From positions 195 to 64,194 of the forward strand of contig CACFFJ010000004.1 in NCBI GenBank assembly GCA_902565645.1: 64,000 nt of DNA, in the 5' to 3' direction. Origin of the DNA: an uncultured Candidatus Actinomarina sp. GTDB taxonomy: Bacteria > Actinomycetota > Acidimicrobiia > Actinomarinales > Actinomarinaceae. Positions 38,310 through 47,709 of this stretch are shown in pieces (the stretch's first letter is position 1; each line of letters opens with the position of its first letter). The translations under genes were made by a program, and so were the position numbers. The notes beneath the pieces were generated by a model. That model did not search any database, was not told the origin of the DNA, and worked only from the letters and a program-made list of their open reading frames with translations.

Positions 38310-39063
38310 TATAAAAATATTGAACGTCCATGTTTAGCTCATTATTTAATTTATTAGCCATTTTTCTCATTCCTGGAATTTCTGTTGAAATATGATTTAC
38401 TTGTACTAAACCTAGTTTTTTATCATCAGATATTAAGAAATATCTATGTGATATATCCCCTGTTAAGAAAACATCTGCTTCATCAATTATTTCATCTATA
38501 AATTGAGTTCCCGAACCTGGTAATACAGCTATTTTTTCAATTTCTTTTATTTGCGAAAAGTATGCATTTGTTCTTACAACTTTTGTATTCAATTTATTCT
38601 CAACTAAATCTATAAATTCCTTACCAGAAATTTTATCAATAATTCCAATACGCCCAGCACCTAAATTATCATCTGTTTTAGCGAAAATCTTTGAGTCTCT
38701 AATATTAAGTAATTCAACCAAGGTTTCAGCATTGCCACCACTTACAACGTCTTGTGCTGTATGTAGCGAAATAACATTAATATTATGTTTTTCAAAATCT
38801 AAAGAAATACCTATTAATTCATCAACATATTTATCGTCTGAAATTAAAGTTTCTTGAATAGGTGGAGGGTGGTAACTAATGACTACATTAATATTATTTT
38901 CTATACAATAATTTAAAACTGAGCCCTCTAAGTCATGAGCTACAATAACTCCTGATATATCTTGCGAGTCAGAACCAATTAACAGGCCAACTTTGTCATC
39001 TTCAAAAGCTTGTTTAAATGGTATAAAAGAATTAAGAGTATCTACTAGTTCTGAAACCTTCAT
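38293..39063 (-). CDS. Nif3-like dinuclear metal centre protein
   Basis: NIF3 family features (VISYHPP, HTAQD, C-terminal HISTE). Confidence 0.75.
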   Translation of the reverse strand: MKVSELVDTLNSFIPFKQAFEDDKVGLLIGSDSQDISGVIVAHDLEGSVLNYCIENNINVVISYHPPPIQETLISDDKYVDELIGISLDFEKHNINVISLHTAQDVVSGGNAETLVELLNIRDSKIFAKTDDNLGAGRIGIIDKISGKEFIDLVENKLNTKVVRTNAYFSQIKEIEKIAVLPGSGTQFIDEIIDEADVFLTGDISHRYFLISDDKKLGLVQVNHISTEIPGMRKMANKLNNELNMDVQYFYNENYE

Positions 39064-39086
39064 TTAACTAATAGTAATGAATAAAT

Positions 39087-41876
39087 TTATAAAGATTTAG
39101 CTGTTTTCTTATTATGATAATTAGCCCAAAAAACCAACATTGTTGGAAGAATTAGTATAGAAGCAACTAATGCAAATCCTAAAGCTACTACAACAACCTG
39201 TCCCATCTGCTGAAAAGGTTTTAAGGTTGAGGTCATTAAAATTCCAAATCCTGCCATAGTCGTAAAGGCTGAACCAAATAATGAACCTCCAGTGGTTTTT
39301 AGAGTCTTTGTTGCAGCTTCAATAGGATTATTACCTTGCGATAAAGATTCTCTAAATCTATTCGTAACATGAATAACAAAAGGAACCCCAATTCCTATAG
39401 CTAGTCCAGAAAGTGTCGATGTTACTGGGTTGAGAGGAATATCTAAATAATACATACCAAGATAAGTACCCATAACTATTGCAATAACTGGCATGATTGT
39501 TATTACTCCTAAAAATGGTCTTCTCATATCTAGGAAATAGTAAATAATTAAGAAAGTCATTGAAGCAAGGATTGCAAATATTAAGGATTGGAATTGAGAT
39601 TTTGATATTAAGTCACTAACACTTTGAGTTACAATTGCATCATTTGTTGCAGCTACATCAATACCTAAATTAATCATAGGAGCAAAAGCAACGTATATAT
39701 CATCTCTCAATTGTGCAGCTCCAAGTGATCCTGCTGATGTTGTGATTCTTACTTGTTGAGCTGTAACATTATTATTTTCATCAAAATATATGTATGCTAG
39801 AAAAGCCTCAGGATCCTTTGCTGCTAAAAATTCATACAAGCCTTTTACATCACTAGTATTTTTAACTTTTAGCCCTTCCAAACCTTCTGCTCCAGACATA
39901 AGATCTACTCCATATCCAACTAAGCTACTGATTAATTCTACGTCAGGAGGGCCTGCAGGGGCTCCTGGAGGACCTGCAGCTGGCGTTAATAGCTCACCCA
40001 TTGAAGAAAGTACGGACTCAGCCGCAACATTTCCAGCGTAAACAACAATATTTTCTTTTTCTGAAAGATTATTTATAGAAGCAATTAAAGCATTATGAAT
40101 TTCAGGTGTTGCTAAGTCATCCCCTTCAATAAGGACACTAGTTGTTTCTCCAAATCCACCGCCAAATTCTTCACTTAATAGATCTAAAGTCTTAACTACT
40201 GGGTTATCTTCAGGTAAAAAATCTGTAAATTCAAAAATTGTTTCAAGGTTAGTAAAGCTAATATATCCGTAGGTGGAAACAGTTACCAATAAACCAATTG
40301 CAACAATCTTTAATTTTCTTGGAATTATGCCGCTTGCTTCAGATATCTTATTTAGAACACTATCACCTGATGATGTAAAAGCTTCAGAATCTATTTTTTC
40401 TTTTTTTTCAGCTCGTTTGTCTAATAATGTTCTAATTGCTGGAACAAAAGTCATAACCAAAAAGAAAGCAAAAAATATACCAACTGAAACAAGAATTCCA
40501 AAATCTTTAAGTTCTGGCAAAGGGGAAACAATATTAGTCAAAAATCCAACCATTGTAGCTAATGTAGCTAAGGTCAAAGCTATACCTACAGATTTTAAAG
40601 TTGATGATGTAGCACCATCGATACTATTTCCAGAACCAATTTCTTCTCTATACCTTGAATTAAAATGGATAGCATAATCCACACCAAGACCAATTAAAAT
40701 AATTGGTGCAATTTGTGAAACCTGGTTTGGTGCACCAATAATATCTAAGTAACCTGGTCCTAATATAGTTCCTGCACCTGTCATCCATCCAATAGACAAT
40801 AAAATTGCACCTAAGCTCAGAAATAAATCACTAGATGACCTTCTTCTTGAATTGAGTAGAAATCCAAAAGTGAATACAGATAAAGGAATCATCCTTCCTA
40901 ATAAAGGATCATCTAACATCATCCATGAAAGCAAAGGTGTTTCTAAGTCACTTACAAGCGGTGAAATAACACCTGCAATACCGAAAGCCATAAATGAGAT
41001 AGCAATAAGTCTTCTTAATATGTTTAATGGTTTTCTACTAAACAACTTAGATTTCATAAAAAAGATATAACTTAATACAACAAGAATAATGACAAAAGCT
41101 TGAGCGAATAAACCACCTATTTCTTGTTGAAAGTCTTCACCTTCATCACCGAATAACAATCCAAATGAAAATCCTGACACTTTGACGTTACCAACTTGGA
41201 TTTCACTTAAACTTTTATTAAGAGCCACTTCCATCCTTGGCTGTTCAATAAATGCTCCCGCTTCAAGACCATACTCTTCAACAAATTTTGCACTATCTAC
41301 AGTTACAATTGCTAGACCAGCAGATGCTGTAACTGCATCTTCATCATAAGATTCAGATAATAACGCACTAGCAAAAGCTTTAAACTCTGGTGGCATTTGA
41401 CTATTAGCCTTAACATATAATGCTTTAAATTGTTCATCGTTCATTGAATTTATATCAATTGAATAGTCATATGTTCTAGCAAAGTCTATTGGTGCAAAAA
41501 AGCCGGCAATAAGAGGCTGCCCTGGTTGAGAAACTAAATAAGGAGCAATTTCACTTTGTGCAACTGTTTGTTTTAATTCTTGCCACGCCAAGTAGCCATC
41601 TACAGTTAAAACATCATCCCCACTTAATATAATTTGAAAAACAGATTGTGAACCAGATGTTTGAAAGTACTCACCTAGTTTTGTTTGAGCCTTAATTTCA
41701 GGAGTATCTAGCTCTCCCCCAAAACTTGTATTAAGTTCCTCTTGTTGACTAGCCATAAAACCAAAGAAACCTGACAATAAAAGAACAACTAAAATAGTAA
41801 TAACTGGCCTTTTGGTTGCTGCAGCTGAGAAAAAATTAGTAAGTTTATTCAATTTTATATCTCCGTTATCAAACAT
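39087..41876 (-). CDS. MMPL/RND-superfamily membrane transporter
   Basis: 929 aa with two 6-TM bundles, each preceded by a large extracytoplasmic domain. MMPL-like. Confidence 0.8.
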   Translation of the reverse strand: MFDNGDIKLNKLTNFFSAAATKRPVITILVVLLLSGFFGFMASQQEELNTSFGGELDTPEIKAQTKLGEYFQTSGSQSVFQIILSGDDVLTVDGYLAWQELKQTVAQSEIAPYLVSQPGQPLIAGFFAPIDFARTYDYSIDINSMNDEQFKALYVKANSQMPPEFKAFASALLSESYDEDAVTASAGLAIVTVDSAKFVEEYGLEAGAFIEQPRMEVALNKSLSEIQVGNVKVSGFSFGLLFGDEGEDFQQEIGGLFAQAFVIILVVLSYIFFMKSKLFSRKPLNILRRLIAISFMAFGIAGVISPLVSDLETPLLSWMMLDDPLLGRMIPLSVFTFGFLLNSRRRSSSDLFLSLGAILLSIGWMTGAGTILGPGYLDIIGAPNQVSQIAPIILIGLGVDYAIHFNSRYREEIGSGNSIDGATSSTLKSVGIALTLATLATMVGFLTNIVSPLPELKDFGILVSVGIFFAFFLVMTFVPAIRTLLDKRAEKKEKIDSEAFTSSGDSVLNKISEASGIIPRKLKIVAIGLLVTVSTYGYISFTNLETIFEFTDFLPEDNPVVKTLDLLSEEFGGGFGETTSVLIEGDDLATPEIHNALIASINNLSEKENIVVYAGNVAAESVLSSMGELLTPAAGPPGAPAGPPDVELISSLVGYGVDLMSGAEGLEGLKVKNTSDVKGLYEFLAAKDPEAFLAYIYFDENNNVTAQQVRITTSAGSLGAAQLRDDIYVAFAPMINLGIDVAATNDAIVTQSVSDLISKSQFQSLIFAILASMTFLIIYYFLDMRRPFLGVITIMPVIAIVMGTYLGMYYLDIPLNPVTSTLSGLAIGIGVPFVIHVTNRFRESLSQGNNPIEAATKTLKTTGGSLFGSAFTTMAGFGILMTSTLKPFQQMGQVVVVALGFALVASILILPTMLVFWANYHNKKTAKSL

Positions 41877-41926
41877 ATAAATAATAGTTAAAAAATAAAT
41901 ATAACGATAACTATGGTTCTAAATCT

Positions 41927-41956
41927 TTGATAAATTAACTGTCGTTTGTGTAATAT
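41927..41956 (+). promoter_or_regulatory. Putative promoter of the M15 peptidase gene (possibly leaderless)
   Basis: TTGATA (41927..41932), 18 nt, TAATAT (41951..41956). The -10 ends 7 nt before GTG 41964. Confidence 0.3.
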
Positions 41957-41963
41957 ATATTTC

Positions 41964-43118
41964 GTGAAACGTTTTTTATTAATATTTACATTTATTTTTT
42001 TTATACTTCCACATCAAATAGCTTTTGGGGAAGAAGAAGCTGAGGTAATAAAACGAGCAAATAGGATTGATAATTACGAAATACTTACAATTTCTCAACC
42101 AGGAAGTCTTTTTAATAGTGTCACAAATGGAATTATTAAATCTGCAATAAATTTAAAAAGTAATTTAACATTTATAGGAAGAGCAAACGTGGGGCTTGAA
42201 AAGGTTTTAAACAATAACAAAGAAGAAAAATTAACTACAAAAGAAAATTATCTTTATAGTTTATCAATAAAAACTATCCATAATGATGTTTCAGATTTAT
42301 TTTATTCAAAAAAAGTTTCAAAGAGTTTAATTGAAGACAAAATTGTAGTTTCAAAGCTGACTGCAGATTTATACTCGCTGAATAAAGGTGACATTATGCA
42401 ATTGGTTGGTTTAAACGGTGAAATACTAAGTGTTGAGGTAGGAGAAATAATTTCAGATTCTGATATGGGATGGTTTGAGGGTGTTGTTAATAAAGACTTA
42501 GGTTATAAGTTAGGAATCAATAGAAACATACAGGCTATAATTTGGGGAACTCGAATAACTGAAAATCATTTAATTGAGATTTATAAAAATATAAAATATA
42601 AAAAAATTAAAGTTTCAAATAGAAATTCTACTCCTAATAAGAACTGGGTATTACCTAATGCATTGGTCAAAGAAATGTTCGGAGATTTTCAAATTAAAGA
42701 ACAAAACGGGACTTGGATAACTATAGATCAAGATTGGAAATCAAATAACATTGAAACTAAGAAAGTCCCAATACTCGGAAACATCACTTGTCATAGATTA
42801 ATGTGGGAACCATTACTAGGGGCACTTAATCAAATAGTTGAGGAAGGGCTTGAAAGTGGTTTGTCAAAAGAGGAATACAAGTATTCTGGTGGTTGTTACG
42901 CACCTAGAAGAATTTCACGTTTTGATGCTGGTGGTGCTATTTCGAGACATGCTTGGGGTATTGCAATAGATATCAATACAATAACCGGCTATTCACCTAG
43001 AATTGTTGAGATATTTAACTCTTGGGGTTTTGCTTGGGGAGGAACATGGACTTCTCCTGATGAAATGCACTTTGAACTTAGAAGCTTATCAGCAAGTATT
43101 TCTAAAAATAATAGTTAA
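41964..43118 (+). CDS. Secreted M15-family (VanY-like) D-Ala-D-Ala carboxypeptidase/peptidoglycan peptidase
   Basis: Zn-binding motifs SRHAWGIAIDIN and DEMHFE. A GTG 41964 start gives a typical signal peptide, MKRFLLIFTFIFFILPHQIAFG. The tracked start is 41946. Confidence 0.75.
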   Translation: MKRFLLIFTFIFFILPHQIAFGEEEAEVIKRANRIDNYEILTISQPGSLFNSVTNGIIKSAINLKSNLTFIGRANVGLEKVLNNNKEEKLTTKENYLYSLSIKTIHNDVSDLFYSKKVSKSLIEDKIVVSKLTADLYSLNKGDIMQLVGLNGEILSVEVGEIISDSDMGWFEGVVNKDLGYKLGINRNIQAIIWGTRITENHLIEIYKNIKYKKIKVSNRNSTPNKNWVLPNALVKEMFGDFQIKEQNGTWITIDQDWKSNNIETKKVPILGNITCHRLMWEPLLGALNQIVEEGLESGLSKEEYKYSGGCYAPRRISRFDAGGAISRHAWGIAIDINTITGYSPRIVEIFNSWGFAWGGTWTSPDEMHFELRSLSASISKNNS

Positions 43119-43122
43119 AACT

Positions 43123-44382
43123 TTATATTCTTTCAGAATTTTTTAAATACTCAACACCTGTTGCATCAAAAATAGGTACTTCAATTTCTTCAAAATTTAT
43201 TTCTTCGAACTGAGAATGTGGTGTATGAAAAAGAATTAAATCATATTTACTAATTTTGCTTAAGTCCTTTTCCTTATTAATAGGAACACTTGTATCAAGT
43301 TCGTCAACAAAAGGGTCATAGAATCCTATATTTACTCCTTGAGACTGTAAATTTTCAATAATATGAAGAGCTGGTGATTCTCTTGTATCACTAATGTCTT
43401 TTTTATATGCGACACCAAACAATAATATGCTGGAGTTATTCATAGGTTTCCCTAATTTATTCATCATTTCCAAAACTCTTCCAACAATATATGTCGGCAT
43501 TGTGTTGTTTATTTCTTGTGCTAATTCAACAAACCTAACAGGCTTGCCTATTTGTCTTGTTTTAAAAGATAAATAATTTGGATCAATAGGAATACAGTGG
43601 CCTCCGACCCCTGGTCCTGGTCTAAATGACTCAAAACCAAATGGTTTTGTTTTTGCAGCATCTATAACTTCCCATATGTCTATTTCTAACATATTGCATA
43701 AAACTGCAAGTTCATTTATAAATGCTATATTGACATGCCTATAAGTATTTTCTAATAGTTTTACCATTTCAGCTTCTCTAGTGCCACTTACAACAACTAC
43801 CTCATCAATTATCTTCTCATAAAATTCTTTAATTTTTTCGGTTGAAGTTTCATCTATCCCACTAATTACTTTTGGAGTATTTTTAAAACCCCATACCTCA
43901 TTTCCAGGATCAATTCTCTCTGGTGAATATCCTACATAAAAATCCTTACCTGCCTTAAGCCCTGACACCTCTTCTATCTCTGGTATTAATACCTCTATTG
44001 TTGTCCCAGGGTATGTTGTCGATTCTAAAATTACTATCTGTTCTTTACTTATGTTTTCACCTATCGATTTAGCTGCCTCTTTTACATAACTTAAATCTGG
44101 TTGATAATCAGTCAACGGAGTTGGGACACTAATCACTATATGTTCACAATCTTTTAATTGTTCTGGAGAATCTGATAAAAGAAGGCCGTTTGAAAGTGAT
44201 TCTTTTAATTCGTTATCTGATATATCTTCAATTGGAGAATTCCCATTGTTTAAATCATTTATTTTTTCAGAGTTATTATCAAAACCAAAAACACTTAACC
44301 CTGAATTAGTTGATTCAACAACTAAAGGTAATCCGACATACCCCAGTCCTATAACACCTAAATCTATTGAAAATTTGCTCAT
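43123..44382 (-). CDS. wecC: UDP-N-acetyl-D-mannosamine (or GlcNAc) 6-dehydrogenase
   Basis: IGLGYVGLPL Rossmann motif and catalytic GGHCIPIDP. Coupled to the adjacent 2-epimerase. Confidence 0.8.
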   Translation of the reverse strand: MSKFSIDLGVIGLGYVGLPLVVESTNSGLSVFGFDNNSEKINDLNNGNSPIEDISDNELKESLSNGLLLSDSPEQLKDCEHIVISVPTPLTDYQPDLSYVKEAAKSIGENISKEQIVILESTTYPGTTIEVLIPEIEEVSGLKAGKDFYVGYSPERIDPGNEVWGFKNTPKVISGIDETSTEKIKEFYEKIIDEVVVVSGTREAEMVKLLENTYRHVNIAFINELAVLCNMLEIDIWEVIDAAKTKPFGFESFRPGPGVGGHCIPIDPNYLSFKTRQIGKPVRFVELAQEINNTMPTYIVGRVLEMMNKLGKPMNNSSILLFGVAYKKDISDTRESPALHIIENLQSQGVNIGFYDPFVDELDTSVPINKEKDLSKISKYDLILFHTPHSQFEEINFEEIEVPIFDATGVEYLKNSERI

Positions 44383-45464
44383 AATTTTTTAATCAAAATA
44401 TTATAAATTCTTTCTGATGTCCTTCCATCCCAATTCTCAATTTTTATTTCATTAGGAAGTTTACTTGTAAGAGATTTATTTATTTCAGAAATTATATTTT
44501 CTGTATTTAACCCAACAATTTTATTAGTACCTAATTCAACGGTTATTGGTCTTTCTGTTTCATTTCTTAGAGTTAAGCAATTGATATTCATAAATGTTGT
44601 TTCTTCTTGGAGGCCACCTGAATCAGTAAGTACAAGAGTTGAGCCGTTAACTAAACTAAGGAAATCAATATACGACAATGGATTAATTAAAGCTACGTTA
44701 TTAAGTTCTATGTGGTTTCCATCTATATATTTTTTTAATCTTGGGTGTGCAGGAAGAATTACACTATATTCCTGAGTAAAATTTTGAAAAGCTGTAAAAA
44801 TATTATTTAAATTTTCATCAGTAAGGTTTGAAGGTCTATGAATTGTAGTTACGAAATATTCATTTTTAATATTTAAATTTTTCTTTATATTATTAGTTTT
44901 ACTTTTTATTTTTTCATAATTACTAATCAAAGTATCGATCATTATATTTCCAACAGAAAAAATTTTGTCTTCATCTATATTTTCATCAATTAGATTTTCT
45001 ACAGCATCATAAGATGGAGCAAATAAATAATCGCTAATAGAATCAACTATAATTCTATTTCTCTCTTCTGGCATTTCCATATTTCTTGATCTAAGGCCAG
45101 CTTCGACATGAAAAAGTTCTAATTTTTTATTTTTAGTTGATAAAGCTGCTGCAAGAGTTGAGGTAACATCCCCAAAAACTCCAACCATTTTTATTTCGTT
45201 CTCATTAAATACACCATCTAGGGCTTCTAACATATAACTTAACTGTTCATTCATATTTACCGTAGGGGTCTCTAGAACTATGTCTGGAGGTCTTATACTT
45301 AAATCATCAAATATATCTGTAGACATATTTTTATCCTTATGTTGTCCAGTATGGATAAATAATGTATTAAGATTGTTTTCTTCAAAATACTTAAGAAGAG
45401 GAGCTGCTTTTACAAAATTAGGTCTTGTTCCAACAACAAGAGCGACATCATATTTTTTCTTCAC
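44379..45464 (-). CDS. wecB: UDP-N-acetylglucosamine 2-epimerase (non-hydrolysing)
   Basis: VVGTRPNFVKAAPL, HTGQH and DSGGLQEE motifs. Confidence 0.88.
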   Translation of the reverse strand: MKKKYDVALVVGTRPNFVKAAPLLKYFEENNLNTLFIHTGQHKDKNMSTDIFDDLSIRPPDIVLETPTVNMNEQLSYMLEALDGVFNENEIKMVGVFGDVTSTLAAALSTKNKKLELFHVEAGLRSRNMEMPEERNRIIVDSISDYLFAPSYDAVENLIDENIDEDKIFSVGNIMIDTLISNYEKIKSKTNNIKKNLNIKNEYFVTTIHRPSNLTDENLNNIFTAFQNFTQEYSVILPAHPRLKKYIDGNHIELNNVALINPLSYIDFLSLVNGSTLVLTDSGGLQEETTFMNINCLTLRNETERPITVELGTNKIVGLNTENIISEINKSLTSKLPNEIKIENWDGRTSERIYNILIKKL

Positions 45465-45516
45465 TACATAATGATTTTAGTAATCAAATAGTTCTTAATG
45501 AGCAACTATCATTGAA

Positions 45517-46482
45517 ATGGTGAATAAAAAAATTGTGCTTAATGTTTGTGGTGTAAAGTCTTTAGGTGGTCTAAAGCTTTTCCTAGAATCATTTGACTTC
45601 TTTGTAGATTCAGGAAGTGAAATAACTGTCCTATATTCAGAATTACCATTTTATAAAGATTTACAAAACCAGTTTCTAGATAGTGGATTGGTTAATTTTA
45701 AATACATTAATAAAAAAAGGTTCTTACATCCATATTTAAACTTATTCCTAAGTAGAGAAGTAAAAGAAAAAATTAACTCCTCTGACGCAATTATTCATTA
45801 TGGAAACTTTGGGTTTAAGACAAAAATAAAATCTTTCATATTGATACAAAATGTGTTGCCTTTAGTTAAGAAGGATTTAAGAAATATTATTTTGCGTTAT
45901 TTTATATTAAGAAGTACTAATTTATCAGATTATATACTTATACAATTAACTCATTTAAAAGACTATCTACCTTCTAATGATCAAAAAAAGATTATTGAAA
46001 TTGGAGAAATCATTGAAAAATCGGTTCCACTATCAAATTCAAATAAAGGTATCGTTTGTTTTGCTAGTGATATACCAAATAAGAACTTTGAATTTATTCT
46101 TAAAGTACTAAAAAAAATCAATAGCCCTGAATTAGTAACAATTATTAACCCTAAAGAAAAAATTAAAGATTTTAAATGCGTAACTACTACAAATAACGAA
46201 GAGACTATGGAGGTACTATCTCAAAATGAAATTTATTTCCATGCTAGTGAATTTGAAACTGTTGGATTGCCGCTATACGAAGCCCAAGATTTAGGGCTAA
46301 AAGTTGTTGCTCCAAATAATCCTTATACACAATATTTTGATAAAGATAGTACATTTCTATACAAAAGTAATGATGCTTTAGATGCTGTTCAAACAATAGA
46401 ACTTGCTAGTTCAACTAAAACAAAAAATATCCAGGCTTTAGATTACTCAGAAAATTGGGGTAAAGTCCTAAGTAAGATCTAG
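45517..46482 (+). CDS. Putative glycosyltransferase (GT-B fold)
   Basis: C-terminal SEFETVGLPLYEAQDLGLKVVAP (E-x7-E-like). Weak N-terminal similarity. Confidence 0.5.
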   Translation: MVNKKIVLNVCGVKSLGGLKLFLESFDFFVDSGSEITVLYSELPFYKDLQNQFLDSGLVNFKYINKKRFLHPYLNLFLSREVKEKINSSDAIIHYGNFGFKTKIKSFILIQNVLPLVKKDLRNIILRYFILRSTNLSDYILIQLTHLKDYLPSNDQKKIIEIGEIIEKSVPLSNSNKGIVCFASDIPNKNFEFILKVLKKINSPELVTIINPKEKIKDFKCVTTTNNEETMEVLSQNEIYFHASEFETVGLPLYEAQDLGLKVVAPNNPYTQYFDKDSTFLYKSNDALDAVQTIELASSTKTKNIQALDYSENWGKVLSKI

Positions 46483-47709
46483 AATTTTAATTACTGAAGA
46501 AGCTGTGTAATTCTCTATAAACAACTCCTTATTAAAAGAATCTATATTCTTAAAATATTTTTTTAAATTCAAGAAAAACTCTTCTATATTCTCTTCCTTT
46601 GTAAGGATAAACAAATTATCAAAATTTTCAGCAATCAAATTCACTGGGTCATTTGCGACTTCAGCAAAGTGAATTACTGGCTTACCAGTTGATAAATATT
46701 CGATTACTTTACTTGGTAACTGATTAGTATTCATATTCCCAATTGAAATAAGACAGTGTACAGAATCAGCCATTAAATGTATAGCTTCTTCCCTGGGGAC
46801 AATACTTTTAAAGTGACTATTCGAAATCATTAAATTACTAGATTCTATTTGTTCTCTTGAATCATCATTAACATACCAAAATAGCTCAAGATCACCTATA
46901 TCTTTTATAGACTCTAAAAAATTGCTCGGTGATCTTACACCTTTTGTAAATATTCCAAAATAGCCAAACTTGATAGGTTTTGAGAAATAATCATAATTTA
47001 ATGACTTGTTAAATATTTGATTATCAAATTTACTTATTGGGTTTGCTACAAATATTTTTGAAGAATCAATTTTAAAATATTCTTTATGAAAATCTAAAGA
47101 TTCTTTATGTGTAAATAAAATCTTGCTTGCTATTGAATAAAATTTATTTTCATAATATTTATTTAAAAACCCATACAAATATTTATTATTTTCTGGAGCA
47201 TCTTTTTTTAAAGTAAATGGATCACCAATATCCATAATCCACTCTTTTTTCTTTTTTTTGTTAATAATGTAACCAGCTATATGGGAAGAGAAAGGAAGGC
47301 TTACAGTTATCATGATGTCATAATCTATATTTAATTTTTTTTTGTTTTTAATTATTGATAAAAGCCAGAACATCGAATAGTCAGGCCAGGAAAAGGTTTT
47401 TACTATAAATCTGTAAATTCTTTTAAGAGATCTATAGTAAATTTTTTTCAATTTAGAAGTATCTACTAGATTATTTGATTTATCTCTTAAATTATTAACT
47501 AAATTATTTGAACTTTTATTCCCTACATAAATAATATTGTTATCTTGGTTCAAATCATTTTGTTGCGTTCCTGTAACGATCTTCACTTCGTGCCCTAAAC
47601 TTAGTAATTCATTAACTATAGACTCCCACCTTGTTGTTCTAGGACTCAAATGAGGCGTGTATTGATGAGTGACAATTAGTATCTTTTTTGTTTTATTCAT
47701 GAGTTTCAT
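46468..47709 (-). CDS. Glycosyltransferase, family 4-like
   Basis: GT-B N-terminus ILIVTHQYTPHLSPRTTRWESIVNELLSLGHEV. Contains an A8 coding homopolymer (47252..47259). Confidence 0.6.
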   Translation of the reverse strand: MKLMNKTKKILIVTHQYTPHLSPRTTRWESIVNELLSLGHEVKIVTGTQQNDLNQDNNIIYVGNKSSNNLVNNLRDKSNNLVDTSKLKKIYYRSLKRIYRFIVKTFSWPDYSMFWLLSIIKNKKKLNIDYDIMITVSLPFSSHIAGYIINKKKKKEWIMDIGDPFTLKKDAPENNKYLYGFLNKYYENKFYSIASKILFTHKESLDFHKEYFKIDSSKIFVANPISKFDNQIFNKSLNYDYFSKPIKFGYFGIFTKGVRSPSNFLESIKDIGDLELFWYVNDDSREQIESSNLMISNSHFKSIVPREEAIHLMADSVHCLISIGNMNTNQLPSKVIEYLSTGKPVIHFAEVANDPVNLIAENFDNLFILTKEENIEEFFLNLKKYFKNIDSFNKELFIENYTASSVIKILDLT

